From the NCBI RefSeq assembly GCF_004010195.1, contig NC_057720.1:4504524-4567227 (forward strand): a stretch of DNA of 62,704 nt, given 5' to 3'. Each line of letters begins with the position of its first letter. Position 1 is the stretch's first letter. Made by a program: the position numbers and the translations under genes. Below are positions 24,700-36,950 of this stretch, one piece after another. The stretch comes from Chiloscyllium plagiosum (lineage: Eukaryota). Below the pieces are notes generated by a model. It was given only the letters and a program-made list of their open reading frames with translations. It did not search any database and was not told the DNA's origin.

Positions 24700-27140
24700 A
24701 GGATATCAGATCTCCAAACTCTGAACTACCCTCGAAGATGGCATAACAAACAACTGAGTTATATCAATCACGACAAAGTCTCAAATGAAACCTGATGGAC
24801 CATCTGGCATTGACCTAGGCAAGGGAGAGGACAATTACAGATACAGTCCTGTTGACCCTGCAAAGTCCTCCTCACTAACATCTGGGGATAGTGCAAACAT
24901 TGGAAGAGCTGACTCACAGGTTAGTGAAGGGCTAGCCTGACATTGTCTGTAAGGTATGAATCAGAGTATGACTCTACCCCACACATTACTGTCACCATCC
25001 CTGGATATGACCTGTCTATCAATCTGTCAGGACAGATTCAGAATCCTCAACATTGATTCAGGAACCCACCTTCGGATTACCACGTATTACCCTCCCTCAG
25101 CTGATGAATCAGTATTCCTTCATGTTGAACAACGATTGGAGGAAGCACTGGAGATGTTTTCAGGGTGGGGGATTTCAATGTCCTCCACTAAAAGTGGCTT
25201 GGCAGCAGTATAAAAGCAAATTACTGTGAATGCTGGAATCTGAAACCAAAAGTGAAAATGCTGGAAAATCTCAGCATGTCCAGCAGCATCGGTAAGAAGA
25301 GCAAAGAGCTGACATTTTGAGTCTAACTGACCCTTTGTCAAAGCTTTGATAAAGGGTCAGTTAGACTCGAAACGTCAGCTCTTTTCTCTCCTTATAGATG
25401 CTGCCAGACCTGCTGAGATTTTCCAGCATTTTCTCTTTTGGTTTGGCAGGAGAGGTAGTGATCAAGCTGGTTGGGTCCTAAAGGACAATGCTGCTAGACT
25501 GGATCTGCAGCTGGTGGTGAGGGAGCCAACAAGAAGGAAAAACATACTTGATCTGTTCCTTACCAACCTGCCAGTTGCAGATGCTTCTGTCCATGACCTT
25601 GTGGAGACCTTCAAGTTCTGTATTTGTATAAAGAATAGTGTGTTGTGGCACTATCACCATTTTAAATGGGGCAGACTTTAACACATTAGCAATTTAAGAT
25701 CAGGCATCCATGTGACACTGTGGGCCACCAACAGCAACAGAAGCCTGGTATATTCCCCACCCCTCCATGGCTCAACTATTATCATTAAACCTGGGGATCA
25801 ACTCTCGTTCAATATAGACTGCAGCGGGGCATGCCAGAAGCAGCATTAGGATTAACAAAAAAATCAGTTGTCAACTTGGTGAAGCTACAAAGCAGGACTA
25901 CCTGCTCTCTATCCCACTGTACACCCCCAGGTCATCATCTCTGCACTGAAGATCTTCAACAGTGCCCTGAAGCAAACCCACTACTACAGCCACATCTCCT
26001 TCCTCAGCACCTGCCTCCAAATCGACTTCACTGGTTTCCAATTCTCCCCTCCTCCCACCTCATTCCAGATTTAACCCTCCAACTCAGCACTGCACTCTTG
26101 ACGTGTCCATCTTCCTTCCCACCTGTCTGCTCCACCCTCCCCACCTGCATCCATCAATCACCTTTCCAGCTACCTTGTCCTCATCCCACCCCACGCACCT
26201 CTTTATCTCACAGATCCCTTCACTCTCAACATTCCTGATGAAGAGCTTATGCCCAAAATTTTAACTCTCCTGGTCCTCAGAAACTGCCTGACCTGCTGTG
26301 CTTTTTCCAGCACCACACTTTTAGACTGGGGCTACCTACATATCAAGTAGCATAAGCAGCAAGTGATAGGGCTAAGCAATTCCACAACCAACAGATCAGA
26401 TTTAAGTTTTGCAGTCCTACCAATTCTAGTCATAAATGGCAGTGAACAACTCACCAAAGAAAGAGGCTCCACAAATATCATTCTCCTCAATGATGGAAGG
26501 GCCTGACATAAAGTGCAAAAGATAAGGCTGAAGGTTTCAAAGCAATCTTCAGACAGAAGTGCCACATGGATCAGCCATCATGGCATCCTGCAGTGGTCCC
26601 CAGCATTACCGTGTTTCAGCTTATTCAATTTATTCCACCTAAGCGCAAGAAATGGTTGGAGACATTGGATACTGCAAAGGCAATGTGGCCCTGACAACAT
26701 TCTGACAGTAGAATTTACACTTCAGAACATGCCACTCCCCTAACCAAACTCTTCCACTACAGTTACAATGCACGCATCTACCTGACCAATGTGGAAAATT
26801 GCCCCTGTGTGTCCTGTCCACAAAAACAGGACAAATCAACCAGGGCAATTACCATCGCAATTGGTTTGCTCTCGATCATCAGTAAAGTGATGAAAGGTGC
26901 CATCAGGAGAGCTACCAAGCAGCACCTGCTCAGCAATAGTTGAGTGTATGTTGCTAGAAAAGCACCGCAGGTCCGGCAACATCCGAGGAGCAGGAGAACC
27001 TGCTCAGCAATGACCTGCTCAGTGCCACCCAGTTTTGGTTCCACTAGGACCACATTGTTCCTGACCTCATTACAGCCTTCGTTTAAACACAGACAAAGCT
27101 GAATTCCAGAGGTGAGGTGAGAGTGACAGCCCTTGACAGT
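24700..27140 (+). mobile_element. Old degenerate CR1-group LINE with nested Penelope fragments
   Basis: Endonuclease remnant LQLVVREPTRRKNILDLFLTNLP and RT remnant near 26790-26900 (WKIA..CPVHKKQDKS). Boundaries are approximate. Confidence 0.65.
25211..25442. mobile_element. Penelope-derived fold-back element (family 2)
   Basis: Inverted repeat centred on tcaaagctttga (25338-25349). Hammerhead-like agct-TTGATAA-a-GGGTC-agtta-GACTC-GAAA-CG-TC-agct at 25342-25380, with core mutated but stems I and II intact. Confidence 0.75.
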
Positions 27141-27904
27141 GTTTGACAGTGTGTACTATCTACAAGATGCACTTCAGAAATTCACAAAAGAGCTTCAGAC
27201 TGCACCTTCCAAACCCACCACCACTTCCATCTAGAAGCACAAGGGCAGGAGATACATTGGAACACCACCCGTGAAAATTCCCCTCCAAGCCACTCACCAT
27301 CCTGATTTTGAAATGTGTAGTCATTCATTCCTTGTTGTTAGGTCAAAATTCTGGAATTCCCTCCCGAAAGGCTTGTGCAACCTATAGCAGCAATTCAAGA
27401 AAACAGCTCAGCACCGCCATCTCAAGGCCAACTCAGGACAGGCAACAAATGGCCAGTTGGCTAGCCATGTCCACGAATGAAGAAAAGCCTTTGTAACAAA
27501 ACCCACATAGTTCTTGAGCTAAATTTCTAAGTACATGCAAATGCAACCATATTTGGTAAACGTGGCAACTGTTTGAAAATAGACTGTCATTTGTGTGGAA
27601 TCAACTGCTGTGATCTGTTTTTACTCAGCATCACTAGTTGGTGTAAAGAAACAATGGTGAGATTGTGATTCCTTCCTTCCATCCTCAATGTTTGAACCAG
27701 TTATGGAGGATGGTTAGTGGAGAGAAGTAGGGTAGGTAGGTGGGATTGAAGTGAGGATCCTGAAAGTGACAGTAAGACAAACACTGATATTTGATCTGAG
27801 GAGGATTTGATCCCTCACAGAACTGGACTTGGAACATTCATTTGGATAGCCTTTGCAAATACACCATCCAGAAGGCAATTGAAAAGAAGCCACATTTGAA
27901 GGTG

Positions 27905-28059
27905 TTAGCGAGCTTTGAGAAATTTGTAGCTCAGGTTGAGTTTTTGGATGTAGGTTTGTTTGCTGAGCTGGAAGGTTCATTTCCAGATGTTTCATAGGGT
28001 AGGGTAATGAAATGTCTGGAAATGAACCTTGCAGCTCAGCGAGCAAACCTACATCCAAA
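27905..28059. mobile_element. Fold-back mini-element derived from the Poseidon-type Penelope terminus; 13-bp TSD
   Basis: Arms match 47340-47425; TSD acatttgaaggtg at 27892-27904 and 28060-28072. Confidence 0.8.
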
Positions 28060-28185
28060 ACATTTGAAGGTGATTGTGAAAAGTTAAAAAACATGATGTA
28101 TGGAGTAACATGGATGGCATGACCTGAAGATTGTTTAGCAAGAGGCACAAATGGGCCAATCTTTAGATGCAAAGATGTAACATAT

Positions 28186-28394
28186 GGTGTCCTTCAGCAA
28201 TCAGTTTTGAGACCTCAACTTTTTCCAGTTTCCAGTTTCCAGTTTTACAGTCATCTCCCAACATTTAAGAGCCCCTCTGTATTTCAGGTTCCCGGTGTCC
28301 TTCAGCAATCAGTTTTGAGACCTCAACTTTTTCCAGTTTCCAGTTTTACAGTCATCTCCCAACATTTAAGAGCACCTCTGTATTTCAGGTTCCC
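28186..28394. repeat. Two-copy tandem duplication (108 and 101 bp)
   Basis: ggtgtccttcagcaatc...gtatttcaggttccc is repeated at 28186 and 28294; copies differ by one 7-nt microrepeat and one substitution. Confidence 0.9.
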
Positions 28395-28709
28395 CACCAT
28401 AATGGACAACCTCACATTTCTCCGAATTGTATTCCATCTGCTAATTTTCACCCACTTCGCCTCTGCAAATCCCCTGATGCTTTTGCATCCTCTTCACAAT
28501 TCACACATTAATCTAGCTTTGTTTCATCTGCAAAATTTAAAATATTAATTTAATCAAATTAATACGAATCATTGAAATCAATTGTGGCTATCTGGGACCC
28601 AACCATTGATTTTTGCAGAATCTCACCAATCATGACCCATTTATTCCTGCATTATGCTTGCTGTCCATTAACCAATTCTCAATCTGTGGCAGTATATTTC
28701 CCTTCATTC

Positions 28710-29075
28710 TGTCATAGAGTCATAGAGATGTGCAGCACTGAAACAGGCCCTCCATGCCAACCAGATATCCTAAATTAATCTAGTCCCATTTGCCAGCACT
28801 TGTCCCATATCCCTCTAAACCCTTCTTATTCATATACCCATCCAGATGCCTTTTAAATATTATAATTGTACTAGCCTCTGCCACTTCCTCTGGCAGCCCA
28901 TTCCACACATGCGCCACCTTCTGCATGAAAGAAGTTGCCCCTTCATTCCCTTTTAAGTTTTTCCCCTCTCACCTTAAACTTGTGCCCTCTATTTCTGAAC
29001 TCCCCTACCCCAGGGGAAAGACCTTGTCTATTTACCGTATCCATGTCCCTCATGATTTTATAAATCTCTATAAAG
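28710..29075 (-). mobile_element. CR1 LINE 3' fragment
   Basis: Reverse complement of the ctctatgactctatga tail and RT C-terminus. Confidence 0.8.
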
Positions 29076-32000
29076 TGTTATGAAGATGTGGATATACCTT
29101 TAAGAGAGTGAAGGACTTGGCAAGTACACTGAGTGCCGGAGAATTTACAAAGTAACATTTGATTCAGAACAAAGAGAACTCGCTGAGTTGCTATGAGACA
29201 AAAAAACACAAATTTGAATTCGGCCAATCAGTTTAAATTATACCCCAAGAAATATCAAACTCCAATCCAATTTGAATTGAGTATATTACAATCTTAAAAG
29301 CCAATGACACAATCTGATGCTTTGGGGGATATAAGACCAGGGAAAATTGAACAGTTGGGAGGAGAACTGCCAAGCCCAGTAAACAGACTGCTTGAAAAAT
29401 AGCTCTCTTAAAACTATCTTTTTGATCAGTAACCTGTGATGCAGAAATTCCTAAGAAGAAGAAAAGAAGACACAGGAAGGTCGGAATAGAAGCACGAAAG
29501 CTGCCTGGTTTTGCGATAAGAAGTGTGGTTTTGTAAATCTGAATTGGGAGTTTTATCAGACTAGTATTATAGAAGGAAAGGTAAAAAAAAAAAAGGATTA
29601 GAGGAAGAAATTGTAAGTAGTGATTTGTTATCTATTCTGTTATACTTTAAGAAATAAAGTTGTTAATTTTTACTTTAAATAGTCCTTGGCCAATCAGATT
29701 TTTGCAGATTACTGCACGGGATAAATCTTTTCTGTGTTGCTGGTTTTAAATTAAGCAGGAGGGCTTACCTTGTATCTTAACAGTTTGAGGGCTCATCTGG
29801 GATTTGAACTGGTTTAGACAGATTTGAAAAGATTTGGGGGTACAAAAACTCACAGCAGATTTAAACACTTGAAGGTTAGTGTCCTAGACCTTTAAGTAAA
29901 ACTTAGGTGAGGCAATTTGTTTAATTTTGGTGACTTATGGTTGATTAAATTAAAAGTGAGAGAAATGGCTCTTAAAATTGTTAAAGAGGCTCTGGGATTT
30001 GAAGATGATTCTCAGATTTGCCAAGAAAGTTTAGAAGGAAAGAAAAAGGCCATACGTTTAGAATTAGCAATGAAGTTAGATTTGGGTTTAACCAAAGAAA
30101 AAAGTAAAGCTGAAATTGTCAGGGAATTACTCAAACACGTAGGTGTATCCGAGAAACAGACAAGTGCAGTAGAGATAGAAAATAGAGGAAAATGGAGTTA
30201 GAAGATAAACAAAGAGAGAGAGAGGAAAGAAAAGAGAAAGAAGAATGAGAGAAGAAAAAGAGAGAGAGAAGTTTCTTGGATGAGCAAAGAGAGAGAAGAG
30301 GTAGAGGAAAAAGAGAGAGAGAAGGTTCTTTGCTGAACAAAGAGAGGGAGAAGAAAGGGAGAGAGAGAATTTGAACTTGAGAAGTTGCAACTTAGTCAGC
30401 AAAGTCAAGTTAACAGGATGGAGATTAAAAGAGAAGGTAATGATACATACAAATATGTCAAAACTCTGCCAAATTTTGATGAGAAAGATGTTGAAGCCTT
30501 CTTTATTTCATTCGGAAAATTGGCTAGGCAGATGGAATGGTCCGAGGATTCATGGGTAATGCTAGTTCAGACTAAACTAATAGGCAGCGCTAGTGAGGTA
30601 TTTGCTGCGATGTCAGGTGAGGTGTCAAGAGATTATTAAGCATTAAACAAGCTATTTTCAGTATTTCTGAATTGGTACCAGAAGCATATAGACAGCGCTT
30701 GAGAAACACAAAGAGGGAACTAGGTCAGACTTATGAAGGAATTAAAACAAAATAATTGGTTACAAAGGCACTGGTTTTATTATTGCCTGTTCGAAAGAAT
30801 TAAACATAGTCATTTTGATCAATGGGTATGTGGTTTGAAAATAGGTAGGACATTTGAGGCTCTAAGAGAGATTATTCTGCTGGAGGAGTTTAAAAACTCA
30901 CTTCCAGAGATGGTAAGAATTCACGTGGAGGAACAGAAAGTTCAGGAAGTGAGAAGGGCAGCAGAATTAGCAGATGAGTACATGTTGATGTTTAAGACAA
31001 GCTTCCGGCCAGAATTTCATCCCGTGAGGGATTGAAATTGAGGGAAGGGGAGATCCTACACTACAAAACCAAGAGTAAAGAACACTGGTAAGAATTTACC
31101 ACAGGATAAAAAAGAAACTCAAGTGGGTGGCCTCAGGTGTTTTCACTGTAGTGCAGTGGGACACAGAAAATTACAATAACGGTGGTTTCAGAAGGGCACT
31201 GGGAAAAGGTGTTTTCACTGCCAGAAGGTGGGACACATAAAGACACAGTGCTGGTCATTAAAAAAAAGGCACTGTGGGAAAAGATGTGGGAAAAGAAGCT
31301 AAGCCAGTGGCATTAATGAAGGTAGTAAAGGATACCCCAAGAAGAGCTGAGGAGCTGCAGGAGAGTGCCCAGCCTAGGCCGGGGCTGGGTATGGAGTTAG
31401 TACCTGATCTCTACAAAGAATTCACCTCTGTGGGTAAAATTTACTCAGAAAGAACAGGGGGAGAAGGACAAGAAGTTATCATTTTGAGAGATACAGGATC
31501 TGACCAATCACTGAGAGTAAGGGATGAGCGAATGTGCACTCTTTCTCATCTGTTACCCGAGAGTGTGGTAATTTGTGGGATAGGTGGACAGAAATTTGGA
31601 GTGCCAACTCAAGATCGGGGAGGTTACATTGGGAGTGATTGACAGAGTGTCAGTTCCAGGAATTTAGTTTGTTCTTGGGAACGATTTGGCAGGATCCAAG
31701 ATGGGAGTGACACCCCTTGTTGTGGAGAAGCCCAAGGAAGACCAAGAAACTGAGGAGGTAAAACAGAAATATCCTGGCATCTTCCCTGGATACTGCGTGA
31801 TAACCAGATCCCACTATCATAAGTCGCAGCACGACACGAAAAGTAAAGAGAAAGATGAAGGAGTTGAGGCTTAGTTAGTGGACACCCTGTTTGATGTAAT
31901 GGTGCAGAAGTGTTTAGTCCTGAAAGGCTAAGAGACTTGCAACAGCAAGACAAGATGACAAAAGATATATATCTGGATGCGTACTCTGAAAAGGAGGCAG

Positions 32001-32430
32001 AGAATATTCCGGAGGGTTATTATCTGAAAGATTGAATCCTCAGACGGAAATGGAGACCATGGCAGATTAGTGCAGAGGAGAAATGGGCCAAAGTGCACCA
32101 GATTGTGTTGCCGGTAGCGTACAGACAAGAAGTGTTACGGGTAGCACATGAACTACCTGTAGGAGGTCACCTAGGGGTACAAAAAGACTCAGGCTAAAGT
32201 ACAAAAACATTTTTATTTGCCTGGAATGCACAAGGATGTGGTTAACTTTTGCCAAATGCATCATACGTGCCAAATGGTAGGTAAGCCACAGGCGGTAATA
32301 AAACCAGCACTTGTGTTGCCAATTCCCGCATTTTAAGAATCTTTCATGTGGGTTATAATTGGTTGTTTAGATCCCCTCCTGAGAACTAAAAATAGGAACC
32401 AGTACTTGTTAACCATAATGGATATGTCTG
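29076..32430 (+). mobile_element. Gmr1-like Gypsy LTR retrotransposon, 5' half, degenerate
   Basis: 5' LTR TG...CA (29076-29782); tRNA-Pro-like PBS; gag with SCAN-like LREIILLEEFKNSLP..VRIHVEEQK....RAAELADEY and CFHC..VGH knuckles; protease ILRDTGS; then integrase (AHELPVGGHLG...HTCQ, NQYLLTIMD) directly after protease. Confidence 0.88.
29786..29803 (+). promoter_or_regulatory. Primer-binding site (tRNA-Pro-like) of the Gypsy element
   Basis: tgagggctcatctgggat versus TGGGGGCTCGTCCGGGAT (15/18), 3 nt after the LTR-terminal CA. Confidence 0.7.
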
Positions 32431-34437
32431 AATTGAATTGAATTTATTGTCACGTGTACCGAGGCACAGTGAAAAGCTTTGTCCTGAGAGCAATACAGGC
32501 AGATCACAGAGTTAAGTTGCATATATAAGTAAATAATAGGTAAACAGTGGCAAAAACAAAAACACAGGTACAGGCGAATGTTAAGAGTTTGAGTCCATTC
32601 AGTATTCTAACAACAGCAGGGTAGAAACTGTTTTGAAACCGGTTGGTGTGTGTGTTCTGGCTTCTGTACCTTCTCCCCGATGGTAGAGGTGATAGAAAAA
32701 CATTGCCAGGGTGGGATGGATCTTTGAGAATGCTGGCGGCCTTTCCTTGACAACGGGCCTGGTAGATGGATTCTATAGATGGGAGGTTGGTCTTTGTGAT
32801 TGGCCGGGCTGAGTTCACCACTCTCTGTAACCATCTCCGACCTTGAATGGTACAGTTGCCATACCAGGCAGTGATACATCCAGACAGAATGCTCTCGATG
32901 GCACACCTATAAAAGTTGGCAATGGCATTCACTGTCATGCCAAATTTCCTCAGCTGCCTGAGGAAGAGGAGATGTTTAGATCAGAATGGTGCTGGAAAGG
33001 CACAGCAGGTCAGGCAGCATCCGAGGAGCAGGAAAATCGACGTTTCGGAAAAAAGCCCTTCATCAGGAAGAAGCGATATTGTTGGGCCTTTGTAACCAGT
33101 GCGTCCACATGAAGAGTCCAAGAAAGCTTGATGTGGATGACCACTTCCAGGAGCATGACCCTCTCCATTCGTTCCATCTCTGTGCTGTTAATGTGTAGGG
33201 GGGGGCATGAGTAACATCCCGCCGAAAGTCAATAATGAGTCTGTTAATGTGTAGGGGGGGCATGAGTAACATCCCGCCGAAAGTCAATAATGAGTTCCTT
33301 GGTTTTACTGACATTGAGAGCTAGGTTGTTCTCAGTGCACCATTTATCCAGGTTTTCCACCTCCCGTCTGTAGTCTGTTTCATCGCCATCTGAGATTCAA
33401 CCGACTATGGTGGTGTCATCAGCAAACTTGTAAATGGTATTAGTCTGTATTTGGCAACGCAGTCATGGGTATACAGTGACTACAGTAGGGGGCTGAGTAC
33501 GCACCCTGGGGGCTCCAGTGTTGAGTGTTAGTGAGGATGAAATATTGTCCTCAATCTAGCCTGTGGGTCAGGAAACTGAAGATCCAGTTGCAGAGAGTGG
33601 GGCTTAGTCCAAGATCTCTAAGTTTAATAATCAGTCTCAAGGATAATGGTGTTGAAGGCTGAACTGTAGTCAATGAGTAGGATTCTTGCGTAGCTGTTCT
33701 TGGTGTCAAGATGTTCTAGGGCAGAGTGAAGGGCAAGTGATATGGCATCTGACGTGGATCTGTTGGTATGATAGGCAAATTGGAGTGGGTCAAGAGTAGT
33801 GGTGAGGCTGGAGTTGATTAATGCCATGACCAACCTTTCAAGCACTTCATGACCACCGAAGTTAGGGCCACTGGGCGGTAGTCATTGAGACATACTGCAT
33901 GAGCCTTCTTAGGCAAAGGGATGATGTTGGCCTCTTGAAACAGGCAGGGACAGGGGCCTGCTGCAGGGAGAGGTTGAAGATGTCCAAGAAGACCTCTGCC
34001 AGTTGATCTGAGCATGCTCTGAGTGCACGGCCTGGTACTCCGTCTGATCCTGTAGCTTTCCTTGGATTCACATGAAGGAAACTCTTCTGCTCTCTGATGC
34101 AGTGACTGTTGGGATAGGTTCGTCAGGACTTGTCGGAATAGGTGTTACCTCTCCGCCGAAATTCTGCTCAAAGCGAGAAGGCATTGACATGATCGAGGGA
34201 TGTGTCATCATCTGCTATCTAGCACTGTCTCTTTTTAGAACCTGTGATGTCATTCAGTCCTTGCCATAGTCGCCGGGTGTCTGGCTGGGTCTCTAGTTTG
34301 GCTCGGTATTGGTCCATCGCTGACTTAATGGCTCTGTGAAGGTCACACTTGGATTCCTTATATTTGAGTGGGTCTCCTGATCTGAAGGCGTCATGCCCGG
34401 GTTTGTAGCAGGTTCTGTATGTCCTGATTCATCCAGG
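32430..34437 (-). mobile_element. Rex1/Babar-type non-LTR retrotransposon, 5'-truncated, inserted in the Gypsy integrase
   Basis: [76 protein letters not shown]; (CAATT)n tail at about 32430. Confidence 0.88.
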
Positions 34438-35309
34438 AGCTTCAGTGGCTGAGGGATTATGTTATAGAAATGTATAAAATTATGGGGGCCATGGATAGGG
34501 TAAACAAAGTCTTTTCCCTGGGTTGGGGGAGTCCAAAACCAGAGGGCATAGATTTAAAAAGGATCTAAGGGGCAACCTTTTCACACAGTGAGTGGTGCGT
34601 ATGGATTGAGCTGCCAAAGGAATTGGTGGAGGCTGGTACAATTAAAAGACATCTGGAAGGGTATATGAATAGGAAGGGTTAAGAGAGATATGAGCTAAGG
34701 GCTGGCAAATGGAACTAGATTAATTTAGGATAACAGGTTGGCATGGACAAGTTGGACTGAAGGGTCTGTTTCTGTGCTATATATCTCTATGACTCACGAC
34801 TCAACATCAATCTCATTTGGGATGGATCTCAAATCAATGAAGAGTGCAGGAAAGCATGCCAGGATCTCACCGTCCAGCAAGGTCAAGCTATATCACAGTA
34901 GTGATAAACGGCTCCATTTCAGAATGGCAGGCAGTGACCAGTGGGGTACCGCAGGGATCCGTGCTGGGACCACAGCTTTTTACAATATATGTTAATGATA
35001 TAGAAGATGGTATCAGCAATAACATTAGCAAATTTGCTGATGATACAAAGCTGGGTGGCAGGGTGAAAAGTGATGAGGATGTTAGGAGATTACAGGGTGA
35101 CCTGGACAAGTTAGGTGAGTGGGCAGATGCATGGCAGATGCAGTTTAATGTGGATAAATGTATGGTTATCCACTTTGGTAGCAAGAACAGGAAGGCAGAC
35201 TACTACCTCAATGGAGAAAGTGAGGTCTGCAGATGCTGGAGATCAGAGCTGAAAATGTGTTGCTGGAAAAGCGCAGCAGGTCAGGCAGCATCCAGGGAAC
35301 AGGAGAATC

Positions 35310-35337
35310 GACGTTTCGGGCATAAGCCCTTCTTCAG
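35310..35337 (-). ncRNA. Minimal hammerhead ribozyme-like motif (opposite strand)
   Basis: Reverse complement reads CTGAAGA-A-GGGC-TTAT-GCCC-GAAA-CG-TC. Confidence 0.65.
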
Positions 35338-35433
35338 GAGGGCTTACAAGGATGCCTTCCTTGAAGAAGCTCTCTTCCTCCCTCTACAAAGATTTCAGTG
35401 AGTCTTAGCCTGCTGGACAAACTTTCCTCATTC

Positions 35434-35461
35434 CTGAAGAAGGGCTTATGCCCGAAACGTC
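35434..35461 (+). ncRNA. Minimal hammerhead ribozyme-like motif
   Basis: CTGAAGA-A-GGGC-TTAT-GCCC-GAAA-CG-TC. Confidence 0.65.
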
Positions 35462-35575
35462 GATTCTCCTGTTCCCTGGATGCTGCCTGACCTGCTGCGC
35501 TTTTCCAGCAACACATTTTCAGCTACTACCTCAATGGAATCAATTTATGTAAAGGGGCAGTACAGAGAGATCTGA

Positions 35576-35895
35576 ATTCTTACCAAGACCGGTCCTTGTC
35601 GGGCTGGACTGAGATGATAAGCAGCGAGGGGTCGAATCAACTGTGACTTGAATGAGAGGAAAACCAAACTGAGAAAATACTCACACCTGGCCGGCCAATT
35701 CCTTGACACTCAATAGGGAAGGACTCAAGGCTCTTACACCGTTGCCCACAATCCATCCGTACCAAGTCCAAGTCATGGCACCAGATGAAGATCTGGACCC
35801 CTGGGGGTCTCTCTGTTCCGTAATCAGTTAATAAGCACTCACAATCTCTCTGGTTCTTTAAGACTTCATTCTTTATTTCTCATTTCAGGTATGAG
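35576..35895 (-). mobile_element. LTR 3' end, tRNA-His-like PBS and leader of an LTR element or endogenous retrovirus
   Basis: On minus: AATAAA, LTR-like end ...gatcttCA, 2-nt spacer, then TGGTGCCATGACTTGGAC (35783-35766; 15/18 to the tRNA-His PBS), then a gtgagt donor-like site. Confidence 0.5.
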
Positions 35896-36009
35896 TTGAT
35901 GAGCAGGAATTCCTGATGAAGGGTTTATGCCCAAAATGTCAATTCTCCTGCTCCTCGGATGCTGCCTGACCTACTTTGCTTTTCTAGTGCCACACTCTCA
36001 ACTGTAGTC

Positions 36010-36950
36010 AATGTTAGAACTGCACTAAGACAAAACTTGGATTTGCATCCGTTGGAGTATAACTTCAACATGGCCTCTCTGTTCTTATAATCCATGTCCT
36101 GACTGATAAAGGCACGTGTCCCACAAGCCTTCTTAACTGCCCTATTAACCTGTCTTGCCACCTTCAGAATTTTCACCGATAGTTTCCTTTTAATTGATGG
36201 AAGATGCACTGGTCTATAATTCATAAATCTATCATTGCCAACTTACTTGAACTGTGGCACCACATTAGTTGTCCTCCAGTCTTCTAGCACCTCCTTGTGG
36301 CCAGAGAAATATTAAAATTGGAGTCAGAGCTCCTATAATTTCTGAGCTCATCTCCCACAGCAGTCTGGGATGCAACTCATTCAGACCTGGGGACTTTTCC
36401 AGTTTTAAGCCCACCAAAACCTCCAATAACTCTTCACTCCTGATGTCAATGTGCTCAAGAACCTCATAGTCCCTCTTCCCAAATTCTGCACCGACATCCT
36501 CCTTCTCATGAGTGAAGACAGGTGAGAAGGAGTTGTTCAACTCCCCACAAATATCCTCCGCCTCACAGATTGCTCTTTTGGTCCCAAATGGGCTCTACTC
36601 TTTCCTTGGTTATGCTCTTGCACTTAATATGTTTATTGAATATCTTGAGATTCTCCCTAAATTTACCTGACAGTATTTTTATTGCCCCTTCTTTGCTCCC
36701 TGAATATACTCTTGGAGTTTCTATACTCCAAAAGTCTCCATTGATTTATTTCCTTTGTACCTGCCAAAAGCCCCTCCTTTCCTCCTTATCCAGTCCTGAA
36801 CATCCAGGGTTCTCTGGGCTTGTTGCTCCTTCTTTTCACCCTAAAGGAAACATGTTGGGGCTGGACTCTCTCCTTTACTTCTTTGAACGCCGGCCAGTGT
36901 TCTGCTGTACATTTACCCTCAAGTAACTATTCCTAGTCTATCTTGGGTAT
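36010..36950 (-). mobile_element. Degenerate CR1 LINE fragment
   Basis: LKLEKSPGLNELHPRLL, NYRPV and MDYKNREAMLKLY remnants. Confidence 0.75.

Larger units (their letters stand above)
35213..35522. mobile_element. Penelope-derived fold-back mini-element (family 1) with about 95-bp spacer
   Basis: TSD ctactacctcaat(gga) at 35200-35215 and 35523-35538; both arms carry intact hammerhead cores. Confidence 0.85.
34460..35575 (+). mobile_element. CR1 LINE fragments (3' end 34460-34790; RT core 34890-35575)
   Basis: VTSGVPQGSVLGPQLFTIYVND...KFADDTKLGG. Confidence 0.85.

Noticed and set aside
30200..30370. GA-rich simple repeat
   Set aside because: It is the Glu/Arg/Lys-rich coiled-coil part of the Gypsy gag, not an independent feature.
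1802..35538. Apparent targeting of family-1 mini-elements into CR1 RT sequence (three young copies)
   Set aside because: CR1 covers much of the window and the three target sites are non-homologous; three cases cannot establish a preference.
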